A DNA stretch of 64,000 nt, from contig NW_005434670.1 in NCBI RefSeq assembly GCF_000315625.1, forward strand, positions 806,016-870,015, read 5' to 3'. The stretch comes from Guillardia theta CCMP2712 (taxonomy: Eukaryota; Protista; Cryptophyta). The translations under genes and the position numbers were made by a program. The notes beneath the pieces are model-generated. The model did no database searches and was not told the origin of the DNA. It saw only the letters and a program-made list of their open reading frames with translations. Within the stretch, counting starts at the first letter, position 1, and each line of letters opens with the position of its first letter. Below, piece after piece: positions 49,801-64,000 of the stretch.

Positions 49801-50960
49801 CGGAGAGAAGAAGAGGAGGAGAGACACATCCAGGAAGAGTCAGCGAGACCGATGAGCCTCAAGTCCTTGGCGTACGAAGGAGGAGGATGGCAACAGCGTC
49901 CTACCGACGATCTAGTCAGCAGCGGTGGGAGGGACAGGAGAGCTGGAGGGGGGGAAGAGCGCGACTTGGATCGATCTGTCCCCCAGCTGAACACTTTCTT
50001 CTCGGACTTGGACAAACAGACAGACAAAGTGAATGGAGGCCAGGAAGAGGAGGAAGAGGAGGAGGAGGACGTTGTGCGAAAGTCAGGGAAGAAGAAGAAG
50101 AGGAAGGAGAAGCTGGAGGAGGATGGGCAGCCCGTGCTGCTCACCAACTGCGAGGTTAGAGGAGAGCTCAAGGTAGGCAGCAAGATCGTCGCGTTCGCGA
50201 AGAGGGCGAGGAAAGTGAACCTGGTGTGCTCGTTCCAGTGGTACCGCGTGCGGGCAGATGGTGGGGAGACACTGCTGGCAGGACAGACCAAGGCGTCCTA
50301 CGTGGTGGTGGAGGAGGACGCGGAGCATCGTCTCAAGGTAGTGACGTCACCAGTTGTGAAGGAGACGGGCGAGCAGGGAGTCGTGGTCTCCGCTGTCACT
50401 TCCAGCACTGTGGCTCCTTCCTCAAGGGAGGAGGAGGAGGAGCAGCAGCAGCCAGAGGAGGAGGAGGAGGAGGGAGGAGGGAGAAGGGAGGTCGAGCAGG
50501 GCGATGGGGAGCCGAAGATCGTGAGCTGGGAGTTGAGCATGAACAAGTGGCAGCAGTACGTCGAGCCGATTCAGATCACCTACGTGTACGAGGTGAGGAG
50601 GAGACGAGAGGAGGAGGAGGAGGAGGAGGAGGGGAACGAGGAGGAGGAGGGGTGGGAGAGGGGGGAGAGGTGGGAGAGATGGGGAAGGGGGAAAGGAGGA
50701 GGTGATGGAGGCGGAGCTGATACATGGGGAGAGTTTGAGGAAAGTGACCGCGTTACTGAGCAGGGAGGACGAGAAGGTACGACGAGGATCCGCTGGTTCA
50801 GGGAGGTGGATGGGAAGGAAGGGTGCGGGGAGAAGGAGGAGGACTTTGAAGCCATCGAGTTCAGGTGGGGCCTCAGATGCATCTTGTGAACCATGTTGAC
50901 ATGGACTTGTTGCCAGCCAAGGGTCCACGTCCTATCAGCCCAGTGTGGATGATGTGAACA
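46858..50960 (+). CDS. AIR9-like microtubule-associated protein (LRRs + charged linker + A9 Ig-like repeats); continues toward or through the gap, possibly to ~52668
   Basis: LRRs (IYMQNNLLTSFEG, LHAEENFLESFRG, IWLQGNPI) with cap YRVMAICAFGKSLRYIDG...AEAVRDGW. A9-type domains CSFQWYRV...SYVVVEEDAEHRLKVVTSPV and YVYE|GGREGTTRIRWFRE. Frame break inside the EEEERARRAR repeat at ~49425-49500. Confidence 0.8.
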
Positions 50961-51514
50961 GGTAGCTGCTGCTGCTGCTGCTGCCGCCGCCGCCGCCGCC
51001 CCCCCCCCTCTCTTCTTCCTGCTGCTGCTGCCCGCTCCCTGCCTACCCTTTCCTCTGCCTCTGCCTCTTCCTCGTGCCTGTCTATCCTCCTGTGCTTCCT
51101 TTACCTTCGCTTGCCTTTCCTCACCCACATTTCCTCCCTCTCCTCGTCTGCTGCCTCCCTCCCACCTCAAAACCCACGCCCTCATCATCACTGTCCTTCT
51201 GCTTGACTTGACTTCCTCACAGGCGCATCAAAATTTCTCTCCCCCCCGTGACATCCCATGGCCTTGAACGGCCCAATTCAAGGTCAGATAAGACAGCCTC
51301 CTCCTCCGCTATCTACCATTCCCTCCCGCCCTTCATGTCTCCTCCACACATCTCCTTCTTACCCACCTCGTCCCTCTATCTCTACATCTTACTCCATTGT
51401 ACCCCTCTTTCCTGATCAGTCTCATCGCTTTCCGTCCCCCTCCCACCGCCATCCTATCATCTCAGCACTAGCTTCATGGCCTTGACACTTATCCCATCAC
51501 AAAGCCAAGCGTAC

Positions 51515-52428
51515 NNNNNNNNNNNNNNNNNNNNNNNNNNNNNNNNNNNNNNNNNNNNNNNNNNNNNNNNNNNNNNNNNNNNNNNNNNNNNNNNNNNNNN
51601 NNNNNNNNNNNNNNNNNNNNNNNNNNNNNNNNNNNNNNNNNNNNNNNNNNNNNNNNNNNNNNNNNNNNNNNNNNNNNNNNNNNNNNNNNNNNNNNNNNNN
51701 NNNNNNNNNNNNNNNNNNNNNNNNNNNNNNNNNNNNNNNNNNNNNNNNNNNNNNNNNNNNNNNNNNNNNNNNNNNNNNNNNNNNNNNNNNNNNNNNNNNN
51801 NNNNNNNNNNNNNNNNNNNNNNNNNNNNNNNNNNNNNNNNNNNNNNNNNNNNNNNNNNNNNNNNNNNNNNNNNNNNNNNNNNNNNNNNNNNNNNNNNNNN
51901 NNNNNNNNNNNNNNNNNNNNNNNNNNNNNNNNNNNNNNNNNNNNNNNNNNNNNNNNNNNNNNNNNNNNNNNNNNNNNNNNNNNNNNNNNNNNNNNNNNNN
52001 NNNNNNNNNNNNNNNNNNNNNNNNNNNNNNNNNNNNNNNNNNNNNNNNNNNNNNNNNNNNNNNNNNNNNNNNNNNNNNNNNNNNNNNNNNNNNNNNNNNN
52101 NNNNNNNNNNNNNNNNNNNNNNNNNNNNNNNNNNNNNNNNNNNNNNNNNNNNNNNNNNNNNNNNNNNNNNNNNNNNNNNNNNNNNNNNNNNNNNNNNNNN
52201 NNNNNNNNNNNNNNNNNNNNNNNNNNNNNNNNNNNNNNNNNNNNNNNNNNNNNNNNNNNNNNNNNNNNNNNNNNNNNNNNNNNNNNNNNNNNNNNNNNNN
52301 NNNNNNNNNNNNNNNNNNNNNNNNNNNNNNNNNNNNNNNNNNNNNNNNNNNNNNNNNNNNNNNNNNNNNNNNNNNNNNNNNNNNNNNNNNNNNNNNNNNN
52401 NNNNNNNNNNNNNNNNNNNNNNNNNNNN
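51515..52428. other. Assembly gap
   Basis: Run of n. Confidence 1.
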
Positions 52429-52848
52429 TGGAAGTTGAGAGGGGGAGGGGGCGAGTTGGTAGGAGGCAGGCAGGTAGGCAGGCAGGTTGGCAGGCAGGAG
52501 GAGGAGGAGCAGCTGCAGCAGGAGGAGGAGCAGGATGAGGAGGAGCAGGAGCAGGAGGAGGAGGAGGAAGAGGAGGAGGTGATTTGGGTGATGGTTGATG
52601 GGCAGGTGGCGGAGAGCTTGATAGCACGTGACATCGTCTTGCTGACCCTACGAGGCCTCATAACTTAGCTCAGAGCTCCTCTTGTACATACCCATGAACA
52701 TGAAGCAAATAAACTTAAACAAGATCTGCGTTGAAGGGATGGGACTAGGATGGAGGTCTAGTGAATGCAAGACGGCACAAGGAGGAGGAGGAGGAGGAGG
52801 AGGAGGAGGAGCAGGAGAATAACAAGTTGCGGATCGAGGGTCAGATCT

Positions 52849-54157
52849 CTACTTTCTTATCTCCACCACTATCTTTCCTCCCGCATGTCCCTCCCTGGAC
52901 TTGGCGAAGGCGGCGAGAGCGTCCTCGAAGCTGAACACCGAGTCGATGACCGGCTTCACCTGACCCCTCCCCATCGCCTCCGCCAGGACCCCCATCAGCT
53001 CCCCGTCCCCTGCCCCGATGACGTGAAAGAAACTGCCGCCCCTCCTCCTGCACAGCGACCTCAGCCCAGCAGCACCTGAGAAGAATTCCACCAGCTGCCC
53101 TCCCCAGCTGCTCCTCAACACCACCTCCACCCCCATGGTGATGCTTCGGGGATCCACCCTTGCGTCGTCGAGCCAGGTCAGAAGAGCGTCCTGCGTTCCC
53201 CCAGCTACGATTGAGCAGAGACTACCCCCCTCCTTGAGCAGCCGCGCGCACCTCTTGGCGTCCCCAACACAGTCAAGCACGACGTCGAAGCTGCAGCCCT
53301 CCTCCTCCAGCTTCTTCACCCACTCCTCGTGGTAGTTCACCACCCTAGCTCCCAGCTCCTCGCACAGGGTCGTCTTCCTCCCCGGCGACGCTGTCGCCAC
53401 CACCTCCGCTCCCATCATGTTGCGAACGATCTGGATCGCCACTGTGCCGACGCCTCCTGCTCCTCCCGCCACCAGCACGCGCGGGTGATCCTGCGATCGC
53501 TCCTGCAGCCTGCAGGCTCGGAAGGCCTTGAGGGCTGTGATGGCAACGAGGGGGAGGCTCGCGCAGTCCACATGGGAGAAGGAGGGAGGGCAGGCAGCGC
53601 AAACGTCCTCGTCCACTACCATGTACTCTGCCAGCGCTCCCCTGCCCAGCTGTGGGAGGCCTCGGATCATACCGAAGACTCGGTCACCTGCGAGCACGGG
53701 AGTGACTGAGAGTGGGAGCGAACCGTAATGCACAGACCTTCCTTCCACCGCCCTCCTGCTCCTGCTCCTCCAACCTTTACGACCTCCCCAGAGAAGTCGA
53801 AGCATGGCACGCGCGGCCATCGCATCCGAAGAAGCCAGTCATGCGCGCCATCCATCGTCTTCCAGTCGATCGGGTTCAGGGACGCAGCATGCACGCGAAC
53901 CAACAGCTCTCCCTCCCCAGCCGTGGGAATCTCAATCCCCTCCTTCCCGTCCCATCCCCGCGGCTCCAGGCGCCCTCCTCTCCTCCATGTCCAGGCCTTC
54001 ATCCGTCCTGCCTCGTTTCCTTCGCCTGCTCTCAGCTCAGCATCGTCCTCGCCCTCTCTCCCTCTCCCCTTCTGCCTCTTTCCCACTCCCTTCCCCTCCC
54101 TTCCTGCCCTCTCCCTCTCCCTCTCTCTCCTTCTTCGCCTCCATCACCTCCTGCCAT
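52849..54157 (-). CDS. MDR-superfamily NAD(P)H:quinone oxidoreductase-like protein (RTN4IP1/ceQORH-like); intron 53688-53737 and a likely 10-nt first exon
   Basis: ELLVRVHAASLNPIDWK, PCFDFSGEVVKVG, GDRVFG, GALAEY, ASLPLVAITA, Rossmann VLVAGGAGGVGTVAIQ, VKPVIDSVFSFEDA...GHAGGKIVV. Confidence 0.92.
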
Positions 54158-54228
54158 TTTGCTGCTTTGGGTGCCAGGCCTTGCGACTCCTGAGGCAAAT
54201 TGCGAATTTCCATTCCACCAGCACCAAC

Positions 54229-57122
54229 ATGACCATGGCGAGGCGCTTGGCGCTTGTCATGGCAGGGATGGCGATGGCGAGCGCCAACCTGAGAGGAGGA
54301 GGAGGAGGAGGAGGAGGATGCAGGCTTCGAGGAGGACTGCAAGCTGAGGAGCCGAAGGGAGCGCTGCCGCTGCCATCGAAGCTGAACAGGAGAGAGAGCT
54401 CTGGCCTTTGGGCTTCGCCATGGGGCACAAAGGGGCAGGGTACGGAGGACGATCGCAGCTTGAGAGGCACATGGACGAGCATGCGGAAGAGGATGGCGTA
54501 CCTGGAGTACCGCTTCTCCAACATCGTCGTCTCCTCCAACACGGTCAAGGCAGCGTTCATCTTCAGCATCTCCCTCGTCCTCGTCGTCGTTGGCGGACTC
54601 ATCCTGCGGTGTGTGGGGAACGTCGGCTCCTGGAGGAATGCGCTCTTCAAGGCCTACGCCCTTCTCAACAACGCTCCTGGCATCGACGCGGTTTCCGAGG
54701 AGTCCACGGGGTACCTGGTAGCTGCCAACGTGCTGTTCGTGTCCGGTATTTTCACCTTCGCCGTCATCCTCGGACTCGTCACTTCCTCCATCGAGATGTC
54801 AGTGCAGAACATCCTTGAGGGGAACTACAGGATCGTCGAGGCCGGCCACACCCTCCTCCTCAACTGGAACAGCAGAACGACCCCCCTTCTCCGGCAGCTG
54901 GCAGAGGCCGTGAAGGACGGGTACTCCGCCCTCCCCATCGTCATCCTTGCGCAGATGGACGGGAAGGAGATGCGGCAGAGGATCCAGGAGAGCCTGAGAG
55001 ACGTCTACCTCCCTATCAGCGTCAGAGCAGGCAACCCGTGCTCCCTCAACGAGCTGCAGGACGTCTGCGCCGGGGAGGCCAGCCACGTCCTGCTCCAGTA
55101 CCCTGAAGGAGAGGAGGACGAGGAGAAGGTCCTGTCGACGCAGGTCGCATGCGTGAGGACACTGCAGGAGAAGCATCAGCCCATGAAGAGCATGGGATAC
55201 AAGCTCCACGACCTGCACGGCGTCATGGTCTCGTCCTCCCGGCTGGAGCTCGCCCCCGAGCTCGGGTTCGTCCCCGTCCTCCGCAACGGGTTCACACAGC
55301 AGGTGATACGAGCATGCATGACGCTGCAGGGCATCACCGACGTGTACGAGGACATCCTGCATGCGGGAGAGGGGAGCCAGATGTACGTTCTCTCCTCCTC
55401 CACCTGGTCATGGCTGGAGGGGAGGACGTTCGGGGAGGCCAGGCGGCTCTTTCCTTCAGCGGTGCTGCTGGGATGGATAGAGGACGGGAGCAAGAGGATT
55501 CAGCTGATACCCGACGGAGAAGAGACAGTTCCTGGCAGCAGCCTGCTCATTCTGCTGTCCAGCGACCACAGCATCCGGTGCAACAAGCAGGTGGTGGTGG
55601 GCAAGGATGAGATGGAAGGGAAGGGGAGGACGAATGAGCAGGAGGAGCAGGACACCCAGAGGAAGGAGAGGGTAGTGAAGAAGCTTGAGAGGTGCTTCTC
55701 TTGCATGAAGAAGAAGTTTGCCCTCCGCGTCCTCATCCTCAACATGGGGGAGGAGGAAATGCTGCTGCAGAGCATGGAGGAGAGTCTGGCGCCCGGCTCC
55801 TCCTTGGTCGTCCACTTCTCATCCTCGGACAAGTCTGAGGGGCAGGAGAAGGCGATCAGAGAGATGGGACAGAGGAGGAACATCTCGACCGAGCTGCTCT
55901 ACGGTGGGTTCCTCACCATGGAGAAGCTCAGGGAGGTGAGGGCTGCGGAGTGTGACGTCGTCATCAGCCTCCCCTCCGCCTCCTCCAGCGCCGCCGACAC
56001 CAACGATGCTCAGCTAGTCGCCCTTGCCAAGGTTGGCTAACTGGAGATCGCATCTCCCTCCTCTCCCTCCCCTCCCTCCTTCACCTCCCTCCTCTCCTCA
56101 CCTTCTCTCCTCCTTCGCCCCCTTTCACCCTCCCCTCATACAACTGACCCTTTCCTGTGGCCCCGACCCAAACCTGCCAGATTTCCTTCCTTGCATCTGC
56201 TTGCTCCTCCCCTGCTACTTGCTTGCGCAGTCGTCATCGCGTCTCACTCCAGCGCAGATGATCGTCTCCTGCCGCAGGAGGAGCGCGCGGGAGGGCGTCG
56301 TCCTTCCCCTCATGCACGTCATCGCCTGCGTCGAGCAGCCGACGAGCGTGGAGCTGGTGGAGGAGGCGCTGAAGCAGCAGGGGATCTCCTTGGAGTGGCT
56401 AATGCCCAACGAGCTCGAAGCTGGAGCGCTCGTCCAGGTATTTCCTCATCCTCCTCCTCCTTCTCCCTCTCCCTCCCCCCTTCCCTCTCCCTCTCCTGCT
56501 CCTCGTACAATTTCCCATCCCTCTCTCCCTCTCACTTCAGTTGCAGATCCTGCGGAGCCCGTACCTCTCTTACGTGTATGACGACATTCTCCGTGCTTCC
56601 ACCGCGCAGCTCACCCTGCTCTCCCCTCACGCGATCCTCCCCCACGACGTGAGCCTCCTCCTACTCCTCCTTGCTGCTGCTGCCGAATGACGTGGGAGAC
56701 AGGAGGAGGTTGAGTTCGCTTTCCTCTCCGATTGCTTCTTGGAGAGGAGCGCAAGTATCCAGCAGCTTTTAGCTCCTCCTGCCTGACCTCCTGCTGCAGT
56801 TGCTCTCGGTGTGCGATGGTCGGACGGAAAGGTGGAGTTGAGGTGCAGCTCCTTCCTCCTCCCCCCCCCCGTTCCTCCCTATCTCTTCCTCACATGTCTT
56901 CCATGTTCACTTACCCCCCCACCCTCCTTCTGCTCCCCTGCTCCTTCCTCCTTCTCTCCCAACAACTGCCGCGCTCCTTCCTGCGTTTCTCTCCTCTGCT
57001 CTCCTTCCTCTCGCAATCTAATCAACTTCACTGACGCGTCGGTCAGTCCTGACAGGAGGAAACTCTTCAAGTTTGGCAAGAAAGACAAGATAGTCGTGCT
57101 GCAGCAGGTGAAGGGCAGCTGA
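54229..57122 (+). CDS. CASTOR/POLLUX (DMI1/PEC)-like cation channel with RCK domains and a signal-peptide-like leader; multi-exon 3' part
   Basis: TM-pore-TM region followed by FTFAVILGLVTSSIE...ILEGNYRIVEAGHTLLLNWN...LLRQL, PIVILA, RAGNP...L..V.A..A, GITDVYEDILHAGEGSQMY, RTFGEARRLFPSAVLLG. Last exon ...FGKKDKIVVLQQVKGS*. Confidence 0.85.
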
Positions 57123-57142
57123 GGGGAACAGGAGGCTTTCAA

Positions 57143-60115
57143 TCAAGTTTTCAACGGAAGTGTCGGGGGAATCCACGGCCGATCTGAGAACAAATGAGGA
57201 GGAGCGAGGGGAACGAGGAGGTGGAAAGGAGACGAATGAGGTCCAAGAACTTGAACGAGGAGGACCAAGACGAAGGTCGAGAGGGCACAACAAAGGGAGG
57301 GGGGTAACGAACAGAAAGGCAAGGGGAAGGAGAAGGAGGAGGATGAGGAGGAGGAGGAGAACGGGAGTATTGAAATACTTGGAGCAATGCCTTGATCGTG
57401 TTCCAAGAATTCATGTTTGCTCCTCATCTCTGATATCCTCATGAGGGATCGCTCCCTGCTCGCAAGCTCAGCAACTGAAGATCCCAGCAAGACGACACGA
57501 GGCGGAGCATGGCAAGGAGTAAGCTCAAAAGAGCTGGAAGGGCAGAGGAAGGGGGGTATGGTGGGGATCGGAAGGAAAGGGGCAAGGATGAGCAAAGCTG
57601 ACCTTCTCTTCTGCTCTAACAACATGCGGTGCTCTGCTCTCGAGTGCGGCTTGAACTGCCGGAGAATCTCATCGTCGTTGCCCTCCACCGGCGTGACGAG
57701 CTGACGGGACAGAGGCGACGACAGCGAGGGAGGAGGAAGTGGAGACAGTCAAGTCAGAGGCACGCAGGGAGGAGACGGAGAAGGGAGAAAGTCGTCAAGG
57801 GCTGGGGATAGGCAGCTGAGCAGCAGCTCGAAGAAAGGAGGAAAGCAAGGAGGGGACAGCAACGAGCCTCACCATGACAGGCTCTTCCTGGATCACCTCC
57901 TCCTGCTCCTCCCTCAGCTTTTCGCTCTCCGCTGAAGGAGGTTCTGAAGGACGTTCGAGCTGATCTTCCTCCATCTGCACCCCTTTTGCGCCAAGCGGGA
58001 ACCCTGATTCTGATGGGAACGGATCATCGAGACCCCAGCAGGTCAAGGAGGACGCGACCTTGCGGCTTCTTCGCTGTCAGCCACCCCGGCCCTTGCAGCC
58101 AGACCTTGACAAACACGGTGTCAAACGGGCTCAGCTGCACAGCAGCCCGACCTTGTGCGCGAGGGCGTTCTCTTCCAACTCGCTGGATCTCCTGAGGCTC
58201 TGAAGGCACTGGGATCGAGGGGGGCAACAGGGCGGAGCCGAGCTGAGACTCACCTGGGAAGAAGAACTCGCCTTGCTCGGTTCGGGGATTAGACCCGGGA
58301 TGGACTCGAGGACTTCAGGGGGAGGAGCGATCTGCGGTCTAGGGTAGAAGATGAGAACAGCGAACAGCAGGAGGGAGACAGTACTCTTCCTCGACCTTGT
58401 ACGAGTTCAGCTCAGCCTCCAGCGTTGACATGGCTGAGCATCCGATATTGCAGTCAATGGCGGGGAGGGAGAAGACAGAAGGGCAAGAGGAGGAGAGTCG
58501 AATTTCAGGCTCGGAAAAGAAGGGAAGGGAAGGGAGGAAGCGAGCTGATCGACCTGCCAGCATCCCGTCAAGCTCTCGAATCATGCGCTTGAAGGATTTG
58601 ACGTCTTCATCCTGCGGAGGCATCAGGCAGGGAGGGGTGAGGAGCTGTTGGACCTCTTCTTGAGACTCCAGCAAGTTGGCTTGACCCTTGGGCTCCCCCC
58701 CCTGCTGGTTCACGTCCGATTGTCCCTGGGGAATCCATCAACACAGGGAAGGAAACGCCTCCTCTGGACCTTGAGCGACTTAGAAGATCGGAACAAACTC
58801 GTGATTGATAATCGTGAGAGCAGCGACTTGCTCGGTCGGACGGATGAGGATGATTGACTTCTGCTGTTGGTGAGGCTCAGCACGTCTGGTTTGGTCTGGG
58901 AGGGAGAAAGGTGAAGTTGAAGCTCGTTCGGTTCGTCTTCGTCTTTCTGGCGAGCAGGTTTCGGTGTGGGAACAGTAAGAGATTCGGTGTACCTTCTCAG
59001 CTCTCGATATAGAGATCTTCGAAGCCATTCTTGACAGTAAAGACGAGCTTTTCTTCAACTTTGCCGCAGAATCATTTCGATCCGCTTCGAGCTTCGAGAG
59101 GTAATCTACGACGTCTTGCTGCTTCGACTGGTAGTAGAAGGATTATTCTTGACATCACACAAGTATTCCTCTCACCGCAATCGCTTTATCCACAGCCTTC
59201 TCACCAAACGCATTCAATCTTGAAATGTCGGCATTGAAAGATTCGACAAGCTCCGTCACAAGGGCTGCTTTGCCAAATGCTGCTGCCACATGAAGCTGGA
59301 AGGATACAAGTCAGAAGACTGCGATTTCTTCATCTCTGAGACAACAGCAACCCCAAACTACATCACAAACAAACACGAGTAATACCAGTCGATCGCCAGT
59401 ACCCTCGCACAGCTTATCCTCCACCGACAGTTTGCCTTCCTTAAGCTGATTGGAGATAAACTCTACATCTCCTTGACTTGCAGCGTAGAGCAGGTCGTAT
59501 TTCTCTTTCGATCCCTGTGAGCTCTCTGCTGCACTTCTCAGGGCTTCCATCGCCTCAATGTTCTGGAAGACACGTGCTTTGTCCAGCGCAGTTTCATTGT
59601 ATTGGTTGAGCATGGTCCTGCTTGCGCCCAAGGCAAGGAGCTCACGGATCAGAGAGGGCCTTCACATGAACACATCAGCATCGTCTCAGGAAAGCACAGC
59701 CACCTCACTTGTTATTTGTGGCTGCAACGTGCAATGCGGTGTCTAGATGAACTGGATCGATCGGAGAATCTACATGGACTCTGCCCGAGGTCACTGCTTC
59801 GGCAAAGGGCTTGATGTTTCCCTTCCTGAGCTCATGCAGGGCTCTTCTCACTTCTTCTCTAGCTTCCTCGGACACCGCATGCTCAGTCTGCACCTGATCC
59901 TGCCAGCAGCACAAAGGTCTGAGTGAAGCAAAACAAACTTTCAAGTTTGCAACAGCGTTCCTCACCTTCGAAGGCTTGGAGGGCGCGGGAAGAAGAGAGG
60001 AAGTGTCGAACTGAGGATGCATGTAGCCCAAGAGGAGGAGGATACTTTCTCTCTCCCCCTCCTCTCCTCCTCCTCCTCGCTTCCTCTTCGCTTCCCTTGC
60101 TGCCCTCGCCGCCAT
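57143..60115 (-). CDS. Ankyrin-repeat + coiled-coil protein, multi-exon
   Basis: DTALHVAATNNK|PSLIRELLALGA, NETALDKA, LLYAASQGDVEFI, LHVAAAFGKAALVTEL. Last exon RPWIPPTLPLKT* ends at 57143. Confidence 0.7.
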
Positions 60116-60428
60116 GTCGAGGTTTGACCTATCGGGACAACCCCCACCCTGTACCTAAAATCCCGGAAATCACTGGGGAGGGTCCAGGGGTGGGTGGGAA
60201 ATTGTCTGAGCGGGGAAGTGGGTTAGTCGGGGAGCCAGGATCATGGTGGACAGATCACAGGCAATGGGGATGAGGAGGACGGAGAGGACGGAGAGGACAG
60301 AGAGGACGGAGAGGATAAGAGTGAGCCTGCGGAACAGTCTGACACAAAGTTATCATCTTCGTACTCATCGTCTCCTTTCCCTCCTCCCTCTAGGTTGATT
60401 TTTCTCCTTTCTCTGTCTCTCTGTCTCT

Positions 60429-60621
<193 letters not shown>

Positions 60622-60762
60622 TCACTCCCTCCCTCCCTCCCTCACTCACTCACTGCTGCCCTTCTCCGTTGCACGGTGGGAAGCGCGTGCTCTGTGGATG
60701 GCGGCAAAGTCATACTCTGAAGCTCTTTAGCAACTCGTCCTTGCTTAGAACGTCACTTCGAT

Positions 60763-64000
<3,238 letters not shown>

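Noticed and set aside
51476-52661. Long ORFs of 320-390 aa
   Set aside because: They span an N-gap and are mostly X.
53728-54228. N-terminal extension of the 770-aa channel ORF overlapping the oxidoreductase gene
   Set aside because: It is antisense to real coding sequence and a purine-rich intron. ATG 54229 with a signal-like leader is the more plausible start.

Overview
Gene-dense, intron-rich eukaryotic nuclear DNA. It has many short (about 40-100 bp) GT-AG introns, (GAG)n/(CA)n/(CAGAG)n simple repeats and three N-gaps. The style suggests a cryptophyte alga such as Guillardia theta, but that is inference. About 19 protein-coding genes can be pieced together, many only after manual splicing. 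They include an ADP-ribosyltransferase-ankyrin protein, a class I cyclic-nucleotide phosphodiesterase, an Sfi1-repeat/PDZ protein, an IPT/TIG membrane protein, two further PDZ proteins, a Cys-rich surface protein, a GT4 glycosyltransferase, a WW/WDR70-like protein, an AIR9-like LRR/Ig protein, an MDR quinone-reductase-like enzyme, a CASTOR/POLLUX-like channel, an ankyrin protein and a GT41 OGT-like protein. The main highlights are: (1) a 15-exon gene, invisible in the ORF track, fusing the cobalamin salvage enzyme CobU to a cyanobacterial-type DUF4346 domain; (2) a 3.8-kb Mutator-like transposon with TIRs and a TSD, carrying a spliced Ulp1/C48 protease module and a 41-bp minisatellite; (3) an R-S-E ART domain joined to near-identical ankyrin repeats that vary at surface positions, like an immune receptor; (4) signal-peptide leaders containing a ubiquitin-tail-like LRGG motif; (5) recurrent GGGGTA/TACCCC-rich tracts upstream of gene starts. 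All family assignments come from motif recognition by eye, not from database searches.
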